From Magallana gigas (lineage: Eukaryota), in the NCBI RefSeq assembly GCF_963853765.1, contig NC_088854.1, positions 29,946,001 through 30,010,000 on the forward strand: DNA of 64,000 nt. Reading direction: 5' to 3'. Both the position numbers and the translations under genes were made by a program. Position 1 is the stretch's first letter. Every line of letters starts with the position of its first letter. Shown piece by piece: positions 34,355 to 46,815 of the stretch. The notes under the pieces were generated by a model. It made no database searches, was not told the origin of the DNA, and worked only from the letters and a program-made list of their open reading frames with translations.

Positions 34355-37300
34355 TCATCTGAACAAACCATTTTGACATTTTTGAAGCCATGTCTCATTT
34401 GAATCACACATTTTAATTGTATATACTTGTTATTGAATATGCTTGTTATTTTTATTGAGTGAAAACGTACTAAATTTGCAATAAACATTGACAAAAAGTG
34501 AAAATATTGTTCTGGTTGTTCACTACTGGTGACTTGATTTACACTGAGCAAAACGATTTCATGAAAATTTTAACTTGAATACCTATATATGGCTATAATG
34601 ATGCTTAAGAATAACGGCACAAAATCACTTCAACGCAAATTGTATAATCTGTGATTGTTTTGTTAAATTTTTCATCAAAATGAGTTTGATTCTTTAATGT
34701 TTGAAAAAGAAACCATCAAGAATATTATTTTACTAATTATTATGCTTAAAATTTGAATTCCTCTGAAATGAAGTTGTTTTTAAATTAACACGAATTCCAT
34801 AGCGAAAACAAAAATGAAAAATGTTTGTTTTTAAAATTAAGATAAAAAAGGGATGTTTTTAATACAAATATTTTTTTATTGACTCTAATAACAAATGACA
34901 TTTGATCATTATTTCAATTGACACACTCAGATAACTAACACAAGCCATTAATAGTTATGTTATTCCACATCGATTTTATTTCACAACGTTCTGACAAATT
35001 CTTTTACACATTTCCTTTTGGCTTTTTTGGACAGTATTGGCTAAGACATATCTAAATTAAATGTAACAAGCGGTTTTTTTAATTTGGCAAGTACGGGGGT
35101 TGGAACAATTGTCTAAGCCTCAAATGTAAGTGATTATTAAAAAGTAGATATATCTTACTTTATCATTAGTTTAGCTCCAGTCTATTTACACCCCCTATAA
35201 ATATTTTCCAATGCTGTAGTTTTAGGAAGGAATTAACTTAAACGATGTGATTTATAGCTTTATGCTATTAGAAAAGTATATAAATCGAGACAAATCTTTA
35301 AAAAATTATTATATGGATAACCTCTTTTAAATCATTTTACTTTTTCAACCCAAATCCCCCCAAAAAACATAATTTTTTTGGATAGTCTTTTTTAATGATT
35401 CGAAGGGCACCCTTTTTTCTATTGTATCAATCTTAACTTGAACATGCAGTTTTTAGAGAAAAAAATTTTAAAAAACAAGCCAAATAACAAAATTGGCGAC
35501 GATTTATATGTATGACGGAAAATGACCAATCAATAATTTTACGAAAATAAACACAGACGTCAAAATTAACTTTGATTGTAAAATGTGGTCAATGAAGTTG
35601 ACAAAATTTAAAAGACAACAGTTCTTGAAGTTATGCCATGACATCGTTATTTTCGCTAAATTATCCGTGAAATAAAAGACAAAACAACGTTTACAACATA
35701 GTAATTTAGATATGTCACAATAGCGCAACGGTAAAAAAAAATGATCTGCAGAAGTAAATAAATCGATTTTCAATGCTATTACTAGGATACATTTCTTCCT
35801 GGCTGGGTTCAAAGGGGGGAGGGGGGTGTTCCACAAATGTTTCTTCTTCTAAGATTTTCATGTAGCTATATATAATAGTAAATGCGATGTTGTTGATAAG
35901 TAAATGTTTTGTAGGAGTAAAACATATTCTGATTCATTCGCGATTAAATTCTAATATATCTTTCCTTATTCAAGGATGGAAAAGAGTTACAAAACTTTTA
36001 CATGTATAATCGTTACTTGTAGTGTATCATTCAAACAAATCCAAGCCAAATCTGTCAAAGGATTTCTCATGAAGAAGGTTGTAGTTAAAGTTTATTGTAT
36101 TTACAGGCATTACATTTTCAAAGTGTTGCGAAGTAATACCAAAGAAAACAAATAACAGAAAACAGAAAATAAATGGTTGTGAACACTGACTCCACATTAA
36201 CTTAAAAAATTCAATTATTTTATCCTAAAAGAGTAAAAGGCAAAATACTTCTTGTCATGCACACTGCCTATTTCGCAATGCATTAGCGACTATTTCCATT
36301 TCTTCCTCATAAATCTACATATTTAAGACATTCAGATATCAAGTTTCTAAAAGATATAATTTTTTCACAATTAATGATTGTTTAATGGTTATAAATAAAA
36401 AAAAATAAAAACGTTGGAAACGGTCGGTATTTTCGTCACCCCATCTGGCTCGCACAAAAACTCGTATCATTGAAAGCCTGATGGAATGAACGCCACACGT
36501 CCAATGGCTTTGGCACCCCTTCATTCGTCCGATCACCTGATCAGTCGCGCAATCCTATCACATAATCTAATAACAATCGCTTTCAGTGTACAAGAGTTGT
36601 AAATAGACGCAAGACATACAACAAGATTTAATACATTTGCATTTTACAACGGTCGCTCTAAATCGAACTTAGCACGAATACTTTTTCGTATGTGATAACC
36701 TTATACAGGAAATATTTTCCTCGATTTACTTCCACCCTTTTCGCCCTCGTTGTCAACCCAGAAATTTAGGTCTGGGCGAATTCCAATGTCTAAAACGTAT
36801 CTCTCTTTGAATACAGCTTTGTTTCGAAATATTCAGAACAGAGAAAAACCGTTTAATTTGCAAGTCGAGACGACGAAAAATAACACACGGCGAAAATAAG
36901 CCCCATTACAGTATTTTGGCAGCATTTTATGATTGAATACATTGTTACTTTTGCTCATGCACCAATTGCCAAAAGAGTTCTTCATTCAACCCGCAGGTGC
37001 CTGAGAGATAAGGAATTTTGACACCTACATTCCAAGAACGTGAAGGAATCCCATCTTAGCGATAAATATAGCGAAACGTAAAACGCTTGACATGTGTCGA
37101 TAAACGTGAAATTGTGATTACAGATGCCACACGTATATGTATCTCTAATAAAAGTATTAGTTACTTGTAATATCACGGATCCTGAACAGTTTGTTTTTCA
37201 CAAGAAACACACCGCAGTATAATATTAGTATTTGGCATTAGTGCATGCTGGACATGTTATCACATTTAATATCATAATGACGTTTTGATTTGTTATCTTG

Positions 37301-37410
37301 ATACTTTTTCAATGCTTTCATAATAGAGTAATTTAATAAACTTATTAAAAATAGTGTACCTGTGTCCTTTAAAGATCATCTTAATTATTGTTCACATGAA
37401 AGAGTAATAA

Positions 37411-37988
37411 AGGACTATGTGCGGTTTGCTCAAATATCTGCCCCCGATTTTAACCAATTTTTAAATAGTATCGTATAAAAATAAAATCTTCACAAATCAT
37501 TGTATAGAGGATGCCTATAACTTTAATCTTGATTTTAGTCATCATTGCTCATTTGCTGTTTATCTATGACGTCACCTAAATGACCTAATTCCCGCAAATT
37601 TGCAAACAAATGAAAATATTCTCATTTTTGCTCTATATCTTGCATTCGGATGTATAGAGCGCAGGTCTGCTCAAGTGCGATATTAACATATATTTTTTGT
37701 CAGATAGATATACACATTATACTAAAAAATTGTACTTGAGCAAGCCTGCGCTCGATGTTTCCGAGTCGAAAAACCATCGGAAAACACCCATATTTTGCTA
37801 CAAAACATCAATTTATCAAAATAATGCAATCTTCATGACGTCATTTCTACATTATGACGTCACTGTGGTGATAACCTTTTACACCTTTATTTCCAATATG
37901 GTTTTAAATATCTTTCACCTAATTTTTAAAGCTCTTTTTAAAACTTTGAGTTTGGGGGCAAAAAATGCATAAAACGACACATAGTCCT
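37411..37988. mobile_element. Copy-specific 578-bp DNA transposon insertion (Kolobok-like TIR AGGACTATGTG) upstream of copy B
   Basis: 11-bp TIRs. Absent at the homologous site GAAAGAGTAATAA|TTTTTT in the other spacers (e.g. ~43873, ~49778). No clean TTAA TSD. Confidence 0.8.
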
Positions 37989-38874
37989 TTTTTTAAAAAT
38001 GTTTCACAATAATCAATGTTTGGTATAAGTTGTAAGATGATTCTTAAATGTACAAAAATATTAACGCATTTCAGTGCAATCATTATCAATTAAAGGACAA
38101 TTTTTCTAAATAACACTTATTAGTTCATCAACACCATATCAAAATTTCCATACGTTTGAATCGTTGAGAATTTTTGTGTGTAACAAATACAAATGGTCCA
38201 TGTAGTAGAAAAAGAAGCTTACCTATATATTTCATTTTCATACTTTGACTGAGAGAGAGAGAATGAGAGAAATACCATACCATTAAAAAATTATATCCTC
38301 AATCTATCTTTTATTTGATGTCCATTAACAAGAATAAGTTAATAACTTTTTTTCAATAAATGATATGATTACCTTTCAAAATAAACAAATCCTACTTAAA
38401 AATAATTGGTCTCAAAAAAATCTGCTGTATGAATTTAGGGCGAAAATGATATCATGAACTCAAGATAGGTGAATGTGTAGTCAATTCTTCTAGAGATAAA
38501 TGTCCTCAACTTACAAAAGACCATGCCACCTGAAGAGGTCCTCGGGGGATTTCTGTCAAATTTGAAATTAAAAAAAAATCGATATCAAAATAAAATAATT
38601 GACAATTACATATATAAAACATGTCTTTGTTATGAACATGCAATATTCATACTAAAATGTCTGAATTTCATTATTTGATATGAAATGAAATCAGTTAAGG
38701 CCCTATCGGAACCCACAGGGTGTCCTTAAGAATTATGAAAACATTCATGGATACATTTCAACGACGGGTGCTAAGATGGTTACATAAATTGGAATACTAT
38801 AAATGTATCGAAAATTTACTTGTCTTCACAAAACCTTCCTGACAAATCTAAACCACAACTTATAGCCACTAACG

Positions 38875-40922
38875 ATGCTCGTCTTTGTAGCTTTGACCGT
38901 GTTTGTGCAGAGTGTTTTTGGGGGAAACCTAGTAGAGGTTCTACAAAACGATGGGGAGACGACTTTGATAGCTCTTGTAAAACAAGCGGGTCTGGCCGAC
39001 GCTCTACTGTCAGGTATGCTGTTTTCAATAATTTAATATATATTAGACGATTTAATGCATGATTGAATTGTTTTGTCTCAGCGGAATTACTAGAAAACTC
39101 AAGTGGCGTTAGTCAAGGGGAGTTTTAAATTTGTTTTTAATTCAAATGTTCAAAAAAATAAATGATACAATTCGAGAAATGTTTCACCCATTTGCCTTCA
39201 AAATGACTGGACCTTGCAATTCGTCATTCAAAATAAAACACTATGTAACCACTATTAAGTTTTTCCAAACCACTGGTCATCATTACTGCCTTAAATATAA
39301 TACATATGTGTGACATTTTACCTATTACCAAATAAATGATATAACTGATTTGAAACCAAAAAAGTGAATCATGATATATGCGAATTTCAAAACCTCATTT
39401 TATGACTCCATGTATACCCTAAATCCCTAGTAACAGTAAACGTTGACTGAAGATAGAAATGATTTATATGACAAATGATTCAAATATAGAGGGTTTTTCT
39501 GCATATTATTTCGGCAAAAAAAAAAAATAAAAAAAAAAAAAAAAAAAATCCCGATCTGATCGACCTCCTGAATTTGTTCTGTAGACAAAATTCGCTTTTA
39601 CGTATTTTTACATAAATGATCATAATAATAATGCATAAAATTCAAGCAACAAACAGATTCGAGATAGTTCACCTGGATTTAAAAGAAACTTTAAATTCTG
39701 ACTATGTGCTCAATCTCTGATAACAATATCATCTGAACGAGAAGTGATTACTAATTTTAATTTTCTGTTTACTATCACAGGAGAGTACACTATATTTGCT
39801 CCAACAAACGCTGCATTCTCCAAACTTCCCCAGTCTGTCCTTGACGGTCTACAGAGAGATACCACCGCTTTGGCAAATATACTGAAATACCACGTGGTCA
39901 AAGGTTCCATTCACAAGGCCGATGCATCCAATGAGCTTCAGTTAGAGACTTTGGCTGGAACCAAAATCAGATTTAACATCTATAATCACAATAACGTAAG
40001 TGTTTTAAAGTTTTCTTTTTTGTGATACTAAAATTAATCAACTCTATCTTCTCATAAACAATCAATCAAACTACATAGACTTTTTTGTTTGTACATGTAG
40101 GTTGTTACAGTGGAAGGATCCAAAATCACACACTTCGACCTGACCGCCTCAAATGGAATGGTGCACGTCATCGACGCCGTGATGATGCCTCCTACAGGAA
40201 GCATTGTGGATTTGGTGGCTGGCAACAGTGACCTGAGCACTCTTTTATCTAAGGTCCAATCAGCTGGATTAGCCGGGGCACTACAGGGTTAGTAATTATG
40301 CTTGTGTTTTTATAGATGTTTTCCAAATTTTATTTTCTAACATTACTTAAAAAATGAATATTTAATATTATCACTATTTTATGCAGGAGATGCTCTAACA
40401 GTGTTTGCACCAACCAATGCTGCGTTCAATAGACTTGGCAGTCATGTTTTGGACAATCTTAGAAGAAACCCACAGCTTCTTAAAGGTATGTATTTCTCAA
40501 TTGATATCTTATTCACTTATGATAACAAGTTTAATTAAAAATGCAGGTAAGATCTCTCTTTTTCTCATTAGAAATTCTGGAGTACCACGTCGTTCCTCAC
40601 ACTGAATACTCAGCTGGATTGTACAACCGAGAATACCTCAGAACCCTTGATACTCACCATGACGTCATCAGACTTGGAGTCAGCAGTAAGTATTCAAGCT
40701 TATCTTATTGTCACCTTTATTGTTATTTTAGATATCTGTGCATCGTTAAATAAAATAATACAATAAATTTTCCTCATTCCAGGTACTAATGGTGTTGTTA
40801 TTAATCGCCGTTCTCACGTGACACAAGCCGACATCAGCGCCACCAACGGTGTCGTACACATCATTGATCACGTACTTATTCCATCCCGTTATCTTTTCTC
40901 TGCGATATTGGGGAAAAAGTAA
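38875..40922 (+). CDS. Two-FAS1-domain secreted protein, array copy B, 297 aa. Exons 38875-39013, 39781-39995, 40101-40287, 40387-40485, 40572-40685, 40783-40922
   Basis: Same exon sizes and phases, intact frame. Variants MLVF, DAVMM, INRRS. Confidence 0.92.
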
Positions 40923-43151
40923 TCATCTGAACAAACCATTTTGACATTTTTGAAGCCATGTCTCCATTGAATCACACATTTTAATTGTATATACTTGTTA
41001 TTGAATATGCTTGTTATTTTTATTGAGTGAAAACGTATTAATTTTGCAATAAACATTGACAAAAAGTGAAAATATTTTTCTGGTTGTTCACTACTGGTGA
41101 CTTGATTTACACTGAGCAAAACGATTTCATGAAAATTTTAACTTGAATACCTATATATGGTTATAATGATTTTTAAGAATAACAACACAAAATCACTTCA
41201 ACGCAAATTGTATAATCTGTAATTGTTTTGTTAAATATTTCATCAAAATGAGTTTGATTCTTTAATGTTTGAAAAAGAAACCATCAAGAATATTATTTTA
41301 CCAATAATTATACTAAAAATTTGAATTCCTTTGAAATGAATTTGTTTTCAAATTAACACGAATTCTATAGCGAAAACAAAACTGAAAAATGTTTGTTTTT
41401 TTTTAAATTAAGATATGAGAAAGGATGCATTTAAAACAAATATTTTTTTAGAGTCTAATAACAAATGACATTTGATCATTATTTCTATTGACACACTCAG
41501 ATAACTAACACAAGCTATAGTTATTTTATTCCACAAAATAACTATAACACAAGGTATAGTTATTTTATTCCACATCAATTTTATCTGAAAACGTTATGAT
41601 AAATTCTTTTACACATTTCTTTTTGGCTTTTTTGGCCAGTATTGGCCAAGAAATATCTAAATCAAATGTTAAAACTTTTTTTTAATTCGGCAAGCACGGG
41701 GGTTGGAACAATTGTCTAAGCCTCAAATGTAAGTGATTATTAAGAAGTAGATACATCTTACTTTATCATTAGTTTAGCTCCAGTCTATCTACACTCCCTA
41801 AAATATTTTGCAATGCTGTAGTTTCAGGATTGTATAGTTTTTTTAATGATTCGAAGGAGACACTTTTTTCTATTGTATCAATCTTAACTTGAACATGTAG
41901 TTTTTAGAAAAAAAAGCCAAATAACTAAATTGGCGACGATTCATATGTATAACGGAAAATGTCAAATCAATAGTTTTAGGAAAATAAACACAGAGGTCAA
42001 AATCTGCTTTAATTGTGAAATGTGGTCAATGAAGTTGAAGAAAATTTTAAAGATAACAGTTCTTGAAGTTATGACATGACATGGTTATTTTTGCTAAATT
42101 ATCCGTGAAATAAAAGACAAAACAACGTTTACAACATAGTAATTTAGATATGTCACAATAGCGCAACAGTAAAACAAATGATCTTCAGAAGTAAATCAAT
42201 CGATTTTTAATGCTATTACATGTACTAGGATAAATTCCTTCCTTGCTGCTTTCAAAGGGGGGGGGGGGGGGTGTTCCATAAATGTTTCTTCTTCTAAGAT
42301 TTTCATGTAGGTATAGTAAATGCAATATTGTTGATAAGTAAATGTTTGATAGGAGTAAAACATATTCTGATTCATTCACGATTAAATTCTAATATGTCTT
42401 TCCTTCATTCAAGGATGAAAAAAAGTTACAAAAGTTTTACATGTATAATCGTTACTGGTAGTGCATCATTCAAACAAATCCAAGCCAAATCTACCAAAGG
42501 ATTTCTCATGAAGAAGGTTGTAGTTAAAATTTATTGTATTTACAGGCATTACATTTTCAAAGTGTTGCAAAGTAAAATCAAAGAATACAAATAAAAGCAA
42601 ACAGAAAATAAATGGTTGTGAACACTGACTCCACATTAACTTCAAAAATTCAATTATTTTATCCTAAAAGAGTGAAAGGTCTGAATAGCTCATCAGCAAA
42701 ATACTTCTTGTCATGCACACCGCCTATTTCGCAATGCATCAGCGACTTTTTCCATTTCTTCCTATTTAAGACATTAGGATCTCAAGTTTTTAAAAGATAT
42801 AATTTTTTTTCACAATTAATGATTGTTTAATGGTTAAAAATAAAAAAAAAACCACCAAAAACGTCGGAAACGGTCGGTCTATTCGTTACCCAAGCTGACT
42901 CGCACAAAAACTCGTATCATTGAAAGCTTAATGGAATGAACTCCACACGTCCAATGGGTTTGGCACCCGTTCATTCGTCCGATCACCTGATAACTCGCGC
43001 AATCCTATCACATAATCTAACAACAATCGCTTTCAGTGTACAAGAGTTGTACATAGACGCAAGATATACAACAATATTTAATACATTTGCATCTTACAAC
43101 AGTCGCTCTAAATCGAACGAACATAGCCGAATACTTTTTCATATGTGATTA

Positions 43152-43363
43152 CTGTATACAGGAACTTTTTTCATCGATTTACTTCCATCCTTTTCGCCCT
43201 CGTTGTCAACCCAGAAATTTAGGTCTGGGCGAATTCCAATGTCTTAAACGTATCTCTCTTTGAATACAGCCTTGTTTCGAAATATTCAGAACAGAGCAAA
43301 ACCGTTTAATTTGCAAGTCAAGACGAGGACAAATAACACAGGGCGAAAATAAGCCCCATTACG
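43152..43363. mobile_element. Degenerate TA-flanked MITE present in every array spacer (also ~36700-36910, ~49050-49263, ~54995-55205, ~60705-60915)
   Basis: TA-CTGTATACAGG start, repeated TTCGCC/GGCGAA motifs and a ...TTACAG-TA end in some copies. Resembles Tc1/mariner-type oyster MITEs, from recall. Inserted before the array expanded. Confidence 0.4.
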
Positions 43364-44764
43364 TATGTTGGCAGCATTTAACGATTGAATACGTTGTTAC
43401 TTTTGCTCATGAGCCAATTCCTAAAGAGTTCTTCATTCACCCCCCCCTCCCCGAAATGCTAGGTAACTGAGAGATAAGGAATTTTGACATCTTCATTCCA
43501 AGAACGTGAAGGAATCCCATCTTAGCGATAAATATAGCAAAACGTAAAACGTTTAACATGTGTCGATAAACGTGAAAATGTGATTACAGATGCCACACGT
43601 ATATGTATCTCTAATATAAGTATTAGTTACTTGTAATATCATGGATCCTGAACAGTTTGTTTTTCACAAGAAACACACCGCAGTATAATATTAGTATTTG
43701 GCATTAGTGCATGCTAGACATGTTATCACATTTAATATCATAATGACGTTTTGATTTGTTATCTTGATACTTTTTCAATGCTTTCATAATAGAGTAATTT
43801 AATAAACTTGTTAAAATAGTGTACCTGTGTCCTTTAAAGATCATCTTGATTATTGTTCACATGAAAGAGTAATAATTTTTTTTAGAAAATGTTTCACAAT
43901 AATCAATGTTTGGTATAAGTTGCAAGATGATTCTTAAATGTACAAAATATTAACGCATTTCAGTGCAATCATTATCAATTAAAGGACAATTTTTCTAAAT
44001 AACACTTATTGGTTCATCTACACCATATCAAAATTTCCATATGTTTGAATCGTTGAGAATTTTTGTGTGTAACAAATACAAATGATCCATGTAGTAGAAA
44101 AAGAAGCTTACCTCTATATTTCATTTTCATACTTTGACTGAGAGAGATAGAATGAGAGAAATACCATACCATTAAAAAATTATATCCTCAATCTATCTTT
44201 TATTGATGTCCATTAACAAGAATTAGTTAATATTTTTTTTTTCAATAAATGATATGATTACCTTTCAAAATAGACAATCCCTACTTAAAAATAATTGGTC
44301 TAAAAAAAAATCTGCTGTATGAATTTAGGGCGAAAATGATATCATGAACTCAAGATAGGCGAATGTGTAGTCAATTCTTCTAGAGATAAATGTCCTCAAC
44401 TTACGAAAGACCATGCCACCTGAAGAGGTCCTCGGGGGATTTCTGTCAAATTTGAAATAAAAAAAAACTCGATATCAAAATAAAATAATTGACAATTACA
44501 TATATAAAACATGTCTTTGTTATGAACATGCAATATTCATACTTAAATGTCTGAATTTTGTTATTTTATATGAAATGAAATCAGTTAAGGCCCTATCGGA
44601 ACCCACAGGGTGTCCTTAAGAATTATGAAAACATTCATGGACACATTTCAACGACGGGTGCTAAGATGGTTACATAAATTGAAATACTATAAATGTATCG
44701 AAAATTTTATTGTCTTCACATAACCTTCCTGACAAACCTAAACCACAACTTATAGCCACTAACG

Positions 44765-46815
44765 ATGCTCGCCTTTGTAGCTTTGACCGTGTTTGTGCAG
44801 AGTGTTTTTGGGGGAAACCTAGTAGAGGTTCTACAAAACGATGGGGAGACGACTTTGATAGCTCTTGTTAAACAAGCGGGTCTGGCCGACGCTCTTCTGT
44901 CAGGTATGCTGTTTTCAATAATTTAATATATATTAGACGATTTAATGCATGATTGAATTGTTTTGTCTCAGCGGAATTACTAGAAAACTCAAGTGGCGTT
45001 AGTCAAGGGGAGTTTTAAATTTGTTTTTAATTCAAATATTCAAAATAATAAATGATACAATTCGAGAAATATTTCAACCATTTTCCTTCAAAATGACTGG
45101 ACCTTGCAATTCGTCATTCAAAATAAAACACTATGTAACCACTATTAAGTTTTTCCAAACCACTGGTCATCATTACTGCCTTAAACATAATACATATTCG
45201 TGACATTTTACCTATTACCAAATAAATGATATAACTGATTTGAAACCAAAAAAGTGAATCATGATATATGCTAATATCAAAACCTCATCACATCATTTTA
45301 TGACTCCATGTATACCCTAAATCCCTAGTAACAGTAAACATTGACTGAAGATAGCAATGATTTATATTACAAATGATTCAAATATAGAGGGTTTTTCTGC
45401 ATATTATTTCTGCAAAAAAAAAAATAAAAAAAAAAAAAAAAAATCCCGATCTGATCGACCTCCTGAATTTGTTCTGTAGACAAAATTCACTTTTACGTAT
45501 TTTTACATAAATGAGCATAATAATAATGCATAAAATTCAAGCAACAAACAGATTCGAGATAGTTCACCTGGATTTAAAAGAAACTTTAAATTCTGACTAT
45601 GTGCTCAATCTCTGATAACAATATCATCTGAACGAGAAGTGATTACTAATTTTAATTTTCTGTTTACTATCACAGGAGAGTACACTATATTTGCTCCAAC
45701 AAACGCTGCATTCTCCAAACTTCCCCAGTCTGTCCTTGACGGTCTACAGAGAGATACCACCGCTTTGGCAAATATACTGAAATACCACGTGGTCAAAGGC
45801 TCCATTCACAAGGCCGATGCATCCAATGAGCTTCAGTTGGAGACTTTGGCTGGAACCAAAATCAGATTCAACATCTATAATCACAATCACGTATGTGTTT
45901 TAAAGTTTTCTTTTTTGTGTACTAAAATTAATCAAATCTATCTTCTCATAAACAATCAATCAAACTACATAGACATTTTTTGTTTGTACGTGTAGGTTGT
46001 TACAGTGGAAGGATCCAAAATCACACACTTTGATCTGACCGCCTCAAATGGAATGGTGCACGTCATCGACACCGTGATGATGCCTCCTACAGGAAGCATC
46101 GTGGATTTGGTGGCTGGCAACAGTGACCTGAGCACTCTTTTATCTAAGGTGCAGTCAGCTGGATTAGCCGGGGCACTACAGGGTTAGTTATTATGCTTGT
46201 GTTTTTATACATGTTTTCAAATTTTATTTTCTACCATTACTTAAAAAATGAATATTTAATATTCCCACTATTTTATACAGGGGATGCTCTAACAGTGTTT
46301 GCACCAACCAATGCTGCTTTCAATAGACTTGGTAGTCATGTTTTGGACAACCTTAGAAGAAACCCACAGCTTCTTAAAGGTATGCATTTCTCAATTGATA
46401 TCTTATTTACTGATGATTACAACTCAAATTTAAAATGCGAGTAAGATCTCTCTTTTCTCTTTAGAAATTCTGGAGTACCACGTCGTTCCTCACACTGAAT
46501 ACTCAGCTGGATTGTACAACCGAGAATACCTCAGAACCCTTGATACTCACCATGACGTCATCAGACTTGGAGTCAGCAGTAAGTATTCAAGCTTATCTTA
46601 TTGTCACCTTTATTGTTATTTTAGATATCTGTGCATCGTTAAATAAAATAATACAATAAATTTTCCTCATTCCAGGTACTAATGGTGTTGTTATTAATCG
46701 CCGTTCTCACGTGACACAAGCCGACATCAGCGCCACCAACGGTGTCGTACACATCATTGATCACGTACTTATTCCATCCCGTTATCTTTTCTCTGCGATA
46801 TTGGGGAAAAAGTAA
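44765..46815 (+). CDS. Two-FAS1-domain secreted protein, array copy C, 297 aa (A/B mosaic). Exons 44765-44903, 45676-45890, 45996-46182, 46281-46379, 46465-46578, 46676-46815
   Basis: Intact frame with the same exon sizes. Confidence 0.92.

Noticed and set aside
42936-43148. ~70-aa spacer ORF (MN(S/A)T(R/C)PM..., also 54775 and 60485) and neighbouring MVVNTD... and ...KGFLMKKVVVK... ORFs
   Set aside because: They recur only because the unit is duplicated. The homologous sequence has a premature TAA in the A-B and C-D spacers, and there is no signal peptide, splice context or recognisable domain. At most a decayed TE.
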